A stretch of DNA of 63,538 nucleotides, counting the filler, from Welwitschia mirabilis (Eukaryota), in the NCBI GenBank assembly GCA_051453625.1. It is 6 parts of one record of this genome, joined end to end, with 100 filler letters (N's around TTAATTAATTAA, not from the genome) between each part and the next. Parts side by side here need not be neighbours in the genome. Positions count along the whole stretch, not along the records: positions 40,526 to 62,093 come from JBOZIK010000001.1; positions 62,194 to 63,538 come from JBOZIK010000001.1; 4 more parts are not named here. One strand, given 5' to 3'. The translations under genes and the position numbers were made by a program. Positions 51,726-63,538 of the stretch are shown in pieces (the first letter of the stretch is position 1; every line of letters begins with the position of its first letter). The notes below the pieces were generated by a model. It made no database searches and was not told where the DNA came from. It worked only from the letters and a program-made list of their open reading frames with translations.

Positions 51726-54700
51726 GGTGCTAAGATGGAAAGCCAATTGAAGTCACCCTTAATGCATTACCTTAGCTGGTGAACTTATCGAAAGGTACGT
51801 TGATTTCAATTTTATCGATTTCAACTACGGTAGGTATTTGGAAAATCCATCTATCTATCTGAATGAAGAACAAACAAGTGAAAACACTGAAGCTTACAAA
51901 ACGATGAAATCTCAAAACGTGAAGTCATCCTTAGCAAAGCAACAAGATGTCAAAACATACGATTTTCGAGTAGATCCCGACAATCAAGAAAGGTCACTCA
52001 AAATCAATCAACATTTACCATGACAGATTAAATCGGAACTTCAAGATGTGTTGTTATCCAATAAAGACACATTTGCTTGGCATTACAAGGATATGCCAGG
52101 CATCGACAAATCGATCGTCATGCATAACATTATTTTAAAACCAAATTCAATCTTAGTGAAACAGAAGGTTAGAAAGCTTAACCCTCGCCTGGCATTGGCA
52201 GTAAAAAAAGACTTAGAATGTATCCTAACTGCGGGGTCCATTAGACCAGTTGACTACTCAGACTGGTTATCAAACATGGTAGTTGTTCCAAAGAAGAAGG
52301 TCAAATTAGGATTTGTGTCGATTACCAGGATTTGAATAAGGTAACTTTGAAAGACGATTACCCTTTACTGAACATCGACATTTTGGTAGACAACACAACT
52401 GGCTATGATCTTCTATCCTTCATGGATAGTTATTCAGGTTATAACCAGATATTAATCAATCCTGAAGATCAACACAAAACTACCTTTATAACGCCTAGGG
52501 GATGTTCTGTTATGTCATGATGCCTTTTGGACTGAAGAACGCTGGTGCAACATACCAGCGAGCAATGACTCACATATTTCACAAATTGATACATCACAAC
52601 ATAGAAGATTATGTCGATGACGTGGTAGTGAAATCAAAGATAGTAGATGATTACCCAACTGATTTGAGACAACTCTTCAAGCAAGCAAGAAAATATGATT
52701 TACGACTCAACCCGAAGAAGTGTGTTTTCAGTGTACCATCAGGAAAACTTCTAGGTTTCATGGTTTCAAAACGAGGAATAGAAATTGATCCAGAAAAGAT
52801 CAAAGCAATCATTGATATGCCACCGCCCCACAACTTGAAACAGTTACGTAGTCTCCAAGGTAGGCTACAAGCTATACGTCGATTCTTTTCGACTTTGACA
52901 GATCGATGTGAAGCTTTCATGCATCTGCTCAAGAAAGACAACCAATTCAAATGGGACGAAAATTGCCAAAAGGCTTTCGACAAAATCAAAGAATACTTGA
53001 CATCCATCCCTGTCTTGAGTTCCCCAAAACTTGATCAACCCTTTTACCTGTATTTTGCATACACACCCTCATCACTTAGTGCAATGATTTTTCAACAAGA
53101 TGAGTTACACCGAGATCACCCGATTTACTACATCAGTAGGATACTTCATCAATATGAGAAAAACTACACTGAAGCGGAAAAAGCATGTCTGAGCTTAATC
53201 TTCGCTTCACAGAAGTTTCGCCACTATATGGTAACAAATAAAACCATCGTGATCAACAACCAGAATCTACTTAACACTTACTCGAATATTCTACTGGAAG
53301 TACTCGCTTAATGAAGTGGGCATCAATTCTCGCCGAGTTCGACGTGGAATTTCAATCCCAAAAATCTGTCAAAGGTAAATGCATAGTTGAACAAATAGCG
53401 GATTTACCTGTAGAAACCGAGGATGAAATCCTAGATGGATCTGAACAATTCCCAGGTGAAAAAATCCCCTTGTCGAAATCAAAAAGAGTTGTGATGCATT
53501 AATGTTCTTCGATGGTGCATTAAATAGAAATGGTGGTTTTGCAGGAGTAGTTTTCTTTTTAAACAACGAGACGAGCTTACCATTCTCCTTCAAATTGAAT
53601 TTTCCTTGCACAAACAACATCGCCGAATATGAAGCCTTGTCAAGAGGAATAATCCTCACCATTCAAGTTGGTTTCAAGAGCTTACACATTTTTGGTGATT
53701 CACAGCTAGTGGTTAACCAAGTATTGGGTACGTACGAAGCGAGATCAAAAGTTTTAAGCCTTTACCTTGAAAAGGTAAAAAGGTTGCTTTCTACGTTTGA
53801 TCATTGTGAAATCCTAACCATCCCAAGAAGTGAAAATCAATTCGCCGATTACCTCGCAAACTTCGCTCAAACTTGTTTCAAAGATCCATCATTTAAGGAA
53901 TTTGTCACATGTGTAGATGTAAATCGAAATTTTTTAGATGAACAACCAATGGTAGTTTATTTAGAATTACCACAAGATGAGGTAAACCAACTAGTGAAGG
54001 ACCCTAAAATGATTGATGAATGGCATGACACACTAGTAAATTACCTTACTGATCAAAAGCTACCAGAAGATTTTACTACTATACAAAAATGAAATTTTTC
54101 TAATCAAGCTACACGCTTCACCATGATTTAAAGCCTACTATACAAGAATTCAAATGAAAGTGTCCTACTCAGATGCCTGAAGTTAGGCGAAGTAGCCTAT
54201 GTCTTGAAAAAAACACATGCTAGTTTATGCGGTCCCCATCAGGGGGCAAAATCATTCTTAATTTACATCTTAACATCTGGTTACTTCTAGAAAACCATGA
54301 GTCACGACTATTTTAGAATGATAAAAACCTGTCACATTTGTCAAATCTTTTTACCTAGGATACATCAATTGCCTACTAAACTTTTCCTATCTAATTATAT
54401 TTGGACATTCAGAAAATGGAGTATGGATCTAATTAGTCCAATTACACTGACTTTATCTGAGGCAATTTTGCCAATCCAAATCCAAATTCCTACACTAAGG
54501 ACCTTAATCAAAGATCTTGAATTATCTAACATTGAAAAAAAGCACGACTTGCCTAGTTAGAAACTCTAGATGAACAAAGGATCAAAGCACTACAACATAC
54601 ACAACTCTATCAAAAATGAGTGAGTGATGCATATAACAAGCATGTCAATCCACAATCTTACAATGTAGGTGAACTTATTTTAAAGGCAAACTTAACTAAG

Positions 54701-54850
54701 AAAACCTTAAAATTTTCACTAATCTAGTTAAAACCATTTATTATATCACAAAAAATTCGATAAAGGAACATATAAGCTTAAAGGTCTAAATGACATCAAA
54801 GACAAAGAATCGATAAAATCATTTTATCTTTGACCATATTATCAATAAAA
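51726..54850 (+). pseudogene. Tat element B pol: RT, RNase H, archaeal-type RNase H, partly deleted integrase
   Basis: RT MPFGLKNAGATYQRAM...IEDYVDDVVVKS. RH HPIYYISR...EKACLSL. aRH MFFDGALNRNGG...CTNNIAEYEAL...GDSQLVVNQV (53502-54092). INT zinc finger H..LCGPH...CHICQ, then WSMDLISPITLT joined directly to LSEAILPIQIQIPTLR. Confidence 0.92.
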
Positions 54851-57011
54851 CTCATAATTCACACATTTTCGTTGCATTGTTACTATTGGTTTCATGCATT
54901 TATTATTACCATTTCTTCTATGATAAACTATGATGAATTCATGTAACTACGGGTTATTTAGAATAGCATTTCCTTGTGTGTTATGCAGGTTTCATTTTTT
55001 TCCTCTTTATTTGAATTTTACAGATCATGAGCCACCACATACTTTAACTTCTGGCATGATTACATGTTAATAATCCTCCTGTACCACCTGCAACTGGTAG
55101 ACATCATTATATTTCTTATCAAACTTCCCTAATTGATGTTCCATTTTATGAGGCTTCCCCTAATGAAGACAATGAAGATGACGATGATATATACCATATC
55201 GACCCTTATTACAACACCACCTATTTGTCCTTTTTTATAACTCATGCTTTTTCATAAATCATCTTATGCTACCTTCTTATGCAATACATCCATTCTCTCA
55301 CCTGACAATAGCATGTTTTACCTACTCATCCTCTTTTCTTTAATAATTTACCATGTAGTCCTTAATTTCGATTTATATTCAATCCTTTTTAAACTTGTTA
55401 ATAATATTTTTCTTCATATCATTTAGTTGCATTATGTTTGGGTACATCTTTACAATGGGTTAACTGTCAACTGGTTAAAGTCCTATTTTATAGAGAGATG
55501 CATTTTGAATGACTTTATTTAGTTCTCAATTCAGATGCTAAGAAAGAACTTAGTATTAAGGGACAATGGTTGAGATTACATTAATTATCATTATAATACT
55601 CTTAGCATAATAAAAGCAATTGAGTAATCTTTACCTAAATGATTGCTTAGTAGAGTTTCTTGGTTAGAGTCATTTCCTTATTTGATCGTCGATTTTATTT
55701 GGTCCTATGTTAAATCATATTTGAGTTTTCATAAAAGTATTTCTACTACTTTGGAACATTTATAGTAGTAAGATTGTATTTCACCCAATCTTAAGACATT
55801 CATATGTCTATGAAATTCAATGCCTCATGTTTTGCTATTTTAGTATCGATTTGTATCAAATCTAACACTTGTTTTTAGTAGTGAATTTTACAATTTACCA
55901 TCTCAATGATCAATCAATCTTCAAAAAAAAAAAAAAAAAAAAAGAACAACTCAAGTCAACTGGAAAAATATTAATATCATATACCAAAAAAGAAAAAAAA
56001 GAAAAAAAGAGAAAAAAATAATCATGATGCCTTACTGCAGCTGCACTGGGGTAAATATTCCCAAGAGGGACCTTTGGCAGTGGAATATGATAGCTACAAG
56101 AACTCCACCAGGGTATCAATTGGTTATGATCTAGCTTCATCTTACAGATCCTTATACTCTTAGCTGTGGTTGCACATCCCTCATCATGGTAGATGGTGAT
56201 TTCTAAAAATTCCATTGACTTGATCTTCCATGACTCTGAAGTTATGACTTTGAGAGCATTTAGAACATATTGGCCATTGAATAGTAAGTTGTCAAGGTTT
56301 TATTTACAATTATAGTCAATAACTGAGTTAAGTTATAATCCTAACATTACATCGATACTCCATAGATTAACTATAGACATCGTTATAATCACTGTCCTAG
56401 TCACATGATAATCTATGTTGTTTAGCATTGAACCATCATTAATGATATCAAATGGTTTTATTATTCATACCAATAGACATTTCTAGGTTAACATTTAGAG
56501 ATATTAAAATCAATCTCCTTCATGCTCTTATTTGTCCATTTCCACCTAGTCTTTTTCTAGCATTTGCACTTGATTATTTTATAGTCATTCCTTGCATTTG
56601 CNNNNNNNNNNGTTAATTCATCACCTATTAGTAAGCAAACTCTTTTTGTCATATCCTTTTCCTTGATCATTGGTCTCTTTTTTCTACTCTTCTATTTAAT
56701 TATCTCTCATCTTTTGTACATTCATTTCAGTTGGTTTCTACTTCATTTACTCGTGCATTTTCTCTTGTTATTTTCCTTATTACTTCATTCATAATCTTCT
56801 ATTGCTATCTAATCATCCACTTATCATCTGTTCTATGCACATGTTTAGATTTCCCTCTAGTCGCATTTTCATTATTTCTTTGAGCTGTATTCCATTATTT
56901 TAGACCTTTTCCTTCATGGTGAAATGACTTACACATGTCCAAAACTTTATTTATGGCACACGTTCACTCTTCTTATGTTTTTAACATCAACCTGATCATT
57001 TTCTTTATATT

Positions 57012-57026
57012 AAAAAGGGGGAAAAA
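57012..57026 (+). other. Polypurine tract preceding the 3' LTR
   Basis: aaaaagggggaaaaa immediately followed by TGTA at 57027. Confidence 0.6.
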
Positions 57027-57295
57027 TGTATAAAAATAAAATTTTTTAAGAGATTATTACATTGCATGCTATTAGCACTTAAAATGTAAATCACTTTAGA
57101 AAATACTTATTGATACTTTAATTTGGATGAGCATCACCATTTAATATTGAAGGATTGACTATGTAGCTATGATATTTATTTGCCACATATGGGCTCTAGA
57201 TATTCTAAGAATTCTTAATGAATGGAAATATCAAATTGCATTTTTGACATTGTCAAAAAGGAAATTACTACAAACAAATTATAACTGTAAGCAAA

Positions 57296-58222
57296 TTAGA
57301 GAATGATGCCAGCTACATTAGTAAGAGCCTTTCTAGCAGCCTTAATTTTGTTAAGAATAGTAATGTCCCCAAAAGAGCCCTTTCCCTTTCTTGTGTTTTC
57401 ATTCTTTGCCAAATGCTGATGAATAAAAAGTTCAAGTCCATTTCATAAATGCTATAATTTGGGTGGACAAACAATTCATGTGAAAGTATCCCAAATAACC
57501 TTTTCTGAATTCTGGGAGAGTAGTGTTTCAAACAGGATTCTAAAATGCATAATTTCTTTTAGAGTAAATGCTGCAGGATTAGTGAAGTCCATAGCTTTTA
57601 GGACTATAAGTAAGAGAGAGAAGGATATAATTACATCAGCCAAAAAGTGTGCAATATTAGACAATCATTGCAATTCCATTGTATTTAACTATTTAAAATG
57701 ATCCCAAATACAATACTGCAATGTGTATTTGTGATTTTTAACATGTTCCCAAAGCTTGAATGCAAGAAGGGAATAGTACTTATTAAATACTTTTTCTTGC
57801 AAATAACAGTCTACAAGTACTCATAAAATTTCTCTGTCCTATTTTCCAGGCAAACTCAATCTTAAAATCTTTTCAAAGGCATCAATGTAATCTTCTGCAT
57901 TCATGATGATGCAAAAAATAACCCTCCATGCTTCTGTATTCATTCTTTATTTAGTTGTTAAGTTAAGCATCTTTTATGCCTCCATAACTTTTGCATCTAT
58001 CACATCAATAATCTCTGCAGTGTCATTTTTCCTGGTTGTAACTATCTCTCCAAAATTCCACCACTTTCCTTTCTTGTTAAGGTCCAAAATTCTATTTCAT
58101 TTTAGCCCGTGAAGTTGAGCATCCTTAATTTTAAGTTTCTGCAGTTATTTTTGATATGGTTGTGGGATACATGCTTATCCTTTAGCCTCTTTTTGTTTTT
58201 TTTGATGTTACATATGGTTTTA
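57296..58222 (-). pseudogene. NOM1: Intronless C-terminal fragment of nucleolar MIF4G/MA3 domain protein (NOM1/Sgd1)
   Basis: KTICNIK..KKR...KKGKWW...RMNTEAWRVIFCIIMNAEDYIDAFEKILRLSLPGK*DREIL*VLVDCYLQEKVFNKYYSLLAFKLWEHVKNHKYTLQYCIWDHFK...IMHFRILFETLL...IWDTFT*I...KIKAARKALTNVAGIIL*. Continuous over ~300 codons with multiple stops. Confidence 0.9.
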
Positions 58223-58714
58223 AATTATTGTTGTTGAGACATGTTTTTAGAATCATTTATCATCAAAATACTAATCTTCAAATGATCTAATTTTTGCAAG
58301 GTAGAAAATTCTAATTATTGTAGCTGCTAAAAAGTGTACTAAATTTAACATAAGTTAGTTTCTAGATCTGCAATTGCGACTACAATGGGACATATTTTAC
58401 ACCATGGCTGAAGGCTGAAAGAATTGATGCAAATCCTATAGCAATGTTCTAGTTTGCATCTACCTCTATTAGAATCCCTAAGCATGTCTATTGGCAAAAG
58501 TAAAAAAAAATAGCATCTTTCTAAAGCAGAAGTATTTCTTCCAAAAACCATATAACAGTAGTAAAGCACTACACAGCACACAGACTCCAGTCTTGCCAAT
58601 ATGTCATTCATAATTTCACATGTGCACTCCACTCTTATCCATTAATAGGCATTTCATAGAACATGTAGACCATCCTCGCCATTAACGGTTGCCATCAGAG
58701 CTGACATCATTCAT

Positions 58715-58990
58715 AGCTGTTAGCAAAGGCCTCAAGTTTATTATGCAAGAAAAGGTTTTGAAGGATATTTAAGTTACTGAAACCTTCTAGTAGCTTTATA
58801 AGATTAATGTAGGCATTCAATTCTAGCTCTATTAATGATTTAAGCACTTTAAATCGTTTTGGAAGTGTACTTAAAAGAATTCCATTCAAGAAATAGAGAA
58901 ATTTGAGCTTATGTAGATTGTAAATTTTAAGAGGGAGTTCTGTTAAGGCCTAGCATAGAAATCCTAGAAAGAAGGTTTTGAATTTTTTAG
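58715..58990 (-). pseudogene. NLR-type leucine-rich repeat fragment (copy 2)
   Basis: ORF 58707-58889 NGILLSTLPKRFKVLKSLIELELNAYINLIKLLEGFSNLNILQNLFLHNK; colinear with 35850-36125. Confidence 0.7.
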
Positions 58991-59926
58991 ATATGAATCA
59001 TCCATTTTAGGCCCTATGCATATGTTCATTTTTATTAGTTGAATTCAATGTATAAAAAGCACATGCTAATGGCTTTACCAATTGGTACATGAAAGCGCAG
59101 AATGATTGAATAGTTTGAATGCCTTTGCAGTTCAGAAAATTACAGGTCAAGAAATAAAAGTCTGTGTGAAGATAGTGCTATTAGTGCTTTTTGAATATGT
59201 GGAGATGTTTGCTTGAGAAGCAGCAGTGATGCCATCTTTGCATTCATCTGCACTATCATGCTAAATCTTAAGCAAGAGAGATTGCTTAAAACAAAGCTCT
59301 ATACAACTCCAAAACATTTTTTTCATGCATTTGCTTATGCTCTATAATATCTAAAAATTGCAAACATCATATTTTTCTCCTATCTATAGTGAATTAGAGG
59401 CAATTAACAATGTACTTACTACATTACCAATGCCGAGCTTCAACCAACTCATATATCTATGGTGTATCCTTCATTGTCTAGTGGTATTCCAACTCAAAAT
59501 TAGCATATACAACTGCATTCAATCCCAAAACAATAGTCTTCACCTCATTTTAAGCCAAGAAAACCTAATTCACATGCATTGGAATTCTAAATAGAGGGGA
59601 TGGTGCAATTAGAGACAATAAAAAACATAACGATATCACAGAGAATGCGGGCAAGGATCAAAACCACTAAAGCAAGGTAAAGAGAAGGCATTCGAAAAAA
59701 TGGCATTAGAGGAGGAACAAAATTAGAGGTAGAGGCGAGGACATAAAAGAAAATGCTAGAATAGCAGAGAGGGGCATAACTCATTGAGGAAAAACGTAAA
59801 TGAGGATCTTACAAAAAAAAGAACCAACAAAAAAAAGGAACAACACACAGCAGAGACATGCTAAATGCATTCAAAAAATTACAAACACTAAACAACAAAA
59901 AGATTTGGTAAAAGTAGAAGGAGGAG

Positions 59927-62092
59927 TTTTTAAATAATAAGAAAGCAAAAAACTAAATAGAAATTTATTACTCCAAAGAGAGTTCCATGAAGTAAGTCAT
60001 GCAATGGTAGTTCAATTCTATTTGATGTAAGTAGAGAGCCTTCATACAAAGGAAATAATAATTCTTTTTCTTTTTTTTAGTAACAAACCCACTAACTCCA
60101 CTAACTTAATAACCATTTCCATTTTTGTAACTGACCTACTAACTCTATTAACTCAATAACTATATAAAATATTTTACACATCAACACTCCCCCTCAAGTT
60201 GACATGTGCACATCGTAAATGACCAACTTACCTAAAAGATGTTAAAACTGTGGTCTTCTGAGAGTATTTGTAAAAATGTCAGCTAGATAAGAATTTGTAC
60301 GAATGTGGTACATGTCAATAACTCATGTCTGCACTTGCTCTCATACAAAATGACTTTCAATCTCTATATGCTTGATACACTCGTGAAAAACTGGATTTGC
60401 TGTAATGTTGATAGCAGACCGACTATCACAGAATAAAGGGGTCAGTCCATTTTGCTATACTCCTAGCTAAAGAAGCTCATTCATGGCTACTACCATCGCT
60501 CTTTACTCTACATCCATCAAAGAAAAGGAAACTGTGATCTGCTTCTTCATTTTTTAGAAAATGAAAGAGTCACCTAACATGCTGAAGTAGCCAGTGACAG
60601 ACCATCTGACAATTGGACAACTTGCCCAATCTAAATTGCAAAAGGTACACAGATTTAAATCACAATCTATGCGAAGTAGTATTTCCTATACTAGATTCTT
60701 CTTAATGTATTGCATAACTCTTCATGGCATCTGCACAAACTGTGAAAGGACATGAACTGCATACAAAATCTTTGGCTATGTGATCGTGAGATAGATAAGG
60801 CAACCAAGTAGTTGATGATAAACTATCCCATTTATTAGAATCTCTCCCTTGGCTAGATCTAACTAATGACCCTACTTCATAGGTGTATCTGATATACGAC
60901 ATCCAAGTAGTTTAGTCTCAGAAAGAATGTCTAAGGCATACTTTCATTGAGAAAGAAATACCNNNNNNNNNNNNNNNNNNNNNNNNNNNNNNNNNNNNNN
61001 NNNNNNNNNNNNNNNNNNNNNNNNNNNNNNNNNNNNNNNNNNNNNNNNNNNNNNNNNNNNNNGAAGGGAATACCCCCTTAGATAAGCATCCAACCTCAAT
61101 TCCTAAAAAATATTTCATCTTCTCCAAGTCTTTGATGTTAAAACACTTACCGAGATAGAACTTGAAATCTGAACTAGCTCAAGAGTAACTCCCAATCAAA
61201 ATGATGTCAACCACATAGACTAAGAAGCCCAAGAAAACATCATCCTTATGAAAGGTAAACAACAAATAATCTCTATGCGACTGAACAAATTCATACTTGC
61301 ATAAAGCCTCATAAAGCTTGGTAAACTAGTTCTGAGAAGCCTGTCTGAGCCTATATAATGACTTCCTGAGGTGAAAAACTTATCCTTGACCTCGTATATG
61401 AAAACCTGATGGCAACCTCATGTAAACCTCCTCCTATATATCTTCATATAAGAATGTATTGTTGACATCCATCTAATGTAATTCCCATCCCTATGTCACA
61501 GCAATAGTTAAAAATACCTGAACAGTAACAAGTTTTGTCATTGAAGCAAATGTATTGTGAAAGTTAATGCCTTCCATCTAGGTAAAGCTCTTTACCACTA
61601 AATGAGCCTTATAATGCTTTATAGACTCATCTGCCTTATACTTGATCTTGTAGACTTACCTACAGTCAATCGTCTTCTTTCCATTTGGCAAATCTTACAA
61701 GGTTCATGTGTCATTTTTCTCGAGTGTTGCTATCTTCTTCGTGATAGCCTCTCACCACTAGGGCTTCTGCATGGCCTCATGATAACTCCATGTCTCCTCC
61801 TCCGAGCTAATAACTCCCAAAAACACTTGATGACTCAAAGAAAAAATATCAATACCCACAAATCAAGCTAAGGGATAAGGAGTACCTAAGATGCTATCAT
61901 GGAGTAAGGTCTTCATGGAATGGGGGAGGGGGAGGGGGGAGGGAGTAAGTACTACTTCTTAATAAATTCTGTGACAGCGCTGTTTCTTTAACACATCGGA
62001 ATTCATCATAATTAAAACCAATGTACCTCTCTCTCCATCATGATTTGAGCTGTGACTTATCTTGGCCAAATAAATAACATAGTATTCATATT
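59927..62092 (-). mobile_element. Ty1/copia element (Ale-like): 3' LTR, PPT, RNase H and RT remnants
   Basis: PPT ttgagggggag (60187-60197) followed by TGTTGA (LTR ~59927-60186). [60 protein letters not shown] and LVYVVDII. Confidence 0.85.
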
Positions 62093-62193
62093 TNNNNNNN
62101 NNNNNNNNNNNNNNNNNNNNNNNNNNNNNNNNNNNNNTTAATTAATTAANNNNNNNNNNNNNNNNNNNNNNNNNNNNNNNNNNNNNNNNNNNN

Positions 62194-63538
62194 TAAGTGA
62201 GATGCATTATGGATATTGTTTAGTAAAAACTATGTACTTAATAACAGAATACTTGCAGTTTGTTTTCCTTGTAAGAATGATATAAAAAATTCAGGTGACC
62301 ATGAATAAGAGGTATAATGTTACAATTGATTACTTTTGATATACTTTCCCTTGTAAATTATGTTTAAAAACTCAATTCTTGATGAATAACATTTCTAAGT
62401 TATTACTTCTTCTAACTATACATGCACATCATTTATCTAAGTTATTATGGTTATATCTTACAATGATTATTTTTCTTATTACATTCAATTTATCTCTTTT
62501 CGATGTGTTAAATATTTTAAGTTAGGGACGAATGCACAGGTAATTATTTTAATCTTATTTTATAACACGCATGGTTATAGACAATTGATTTTACAAATTA
62601 ATTTTTAAGAGTTTGTCGTCCCCATATTCATCCAGACAATAGTCAGGACAATACCATGATCATTACATCTGCCAAGGTAAACATTCTAGTTTATTAGATT
62701 TTGAGTTTTTATCCTATATATTAAGATTTTTTAACTTAATTTACAGATCTCTAGTTAGTGTTTTATCTTAGTCAAATTGGCTTGTAATTATAGTTGTTCA
62801 CCAACTTTGTTAAGGACTAATAAGGTTAAGTGGAGGGATATATTGCAATGCCAAATTGTATGTTTCAGATGGGGTATTTTGAGTAGTTTTACAAGATATT
62901 TAAACAAGTTTAAGTAGAAAATGATGATTATTGAGAGCCAAGGATAAAATTAAAGAAATGTGCAAATACCAATAAGTTTGAAGGTATTTTGGACTAATTT
63001 TGATACTTCACATTTTAAGGGGGAATTAATGAGCTTCAAGGCCAATTTAACTTGATAAAGAGCTTTAAGAAGGTTATCGTCCCTTCCATTATCTGGATGA
63101 CCACCAAGACGATACCACTTGCATGTTGACTAGACTAACATGAAGGATAAATATAGAACTCTCTTAACATGGAATTATTCCCACCATCATCTGGACGATA
63201 ATCAGAACAACATCTAAAATTAGTCAATGTATCAAAACCTATGTAATGTATCATGCATTTCCTGCACATCCATTAGGGTTTTACTGTATATCTTAGGTTT
63301 TCTATTTTTAATTCTATTGTTGTTAATAAATACTGTCTTTGCTCTCGACTCTATTCATCTTTATTTCATTGAAAATTCTTATGACAGGAAATTGAAGGGT
63401 GTAGATCCATACATTAATTGCAGAGAGGGATCTTTCTTGGTGTTGGGCTGTGTCTCCTTCATTAAGGTGCTGCTGCTTTATAATAGGATGTTAATTTGAC
63501 TTTTAATGGAAATCTTCTTTTAGTTTTATTCATGTTCA
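62194..63538 (+). mobile_element. 3' UTR, PPT and LTR start of an Athila-type element related to 4986-14379
   Basis: gttaagtggagggata|tattgcaatgccaa (LTR from ~62841) matches the reverse complement of 6058-6087 (gctaagtgaggggcta|tgttgcactgccaa). Carries the shared palindromic motif. Confidence 0.65.

Larger units (their letters stand above)
57027..59925 (+). repeat. 3' LTR of Tat family (type A), truncated by a copia insertion; contains antisense host-gene fragments
   Basis: Starts TG after the PPT. Its right ~1.5 kb is homologous to the sequence upstream of element A's PBS. Confidence 0.65.

Noticed and set aside
52651-53662. Minus-strand ORFs overlapping pol (also 41587-41769, 49640-50531)
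   Set aside because: Antisense shadows of the retroelement coding frame.
56900-57270. SIRE-type multi-PPT 3' end as an alternative reading
   Set aside because: Only one clear AAAGGGGG tract and no SIRE coding remnant upstream. The downstream homology to the sequence before the Tat PBS favours a Tat LTR, though SIRE is not fully excluded.

Overview
This is AT-rich, gap-ridden plant nuclear DNA made almost entirely of nested, decayed LTR retrotransposons. I found no intact host gene, rRNA, tRNA or CRISPR array. Left to right: (1) a chromovirus-like Ty3/gypsy remnant with a tandem array of LTR-end+PBS(Met) units (~3990-4890); (2) an Athila-type gag/protease-only element (4986-14379, minus strand, 5-bp TSD ATGAG, three LTR copies); (3) further Athila remnants (15.2-15.8 kb, 24.5-29.6 kb, 31-35 kb, 62.2 kb onward); (4) two Tat-clade (Ogre/Retand domain order) elements with tRNA-Asn PBS at 38789 and 48628; (5) a Tork/Tnt1-like copia, an Ale-like copia and a small TRIM-like insertion. 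The main observation is that the long LTRs of the Tat family appear to be built from host gene fragments in antisense orientation. One LTR type carries an intronless NOM1/Sgd1 MA3 C-terminus plus an NLR-type LRR fragment. The other carries the N-terminus of an F-box/RNI protein. In both, the cargo lies behind the same AT-rich plus pyrimidine-rich leader architecture. All translations and alignments were done by eye, so boundaries of old elements are approximate and homology calls need database confirmation.
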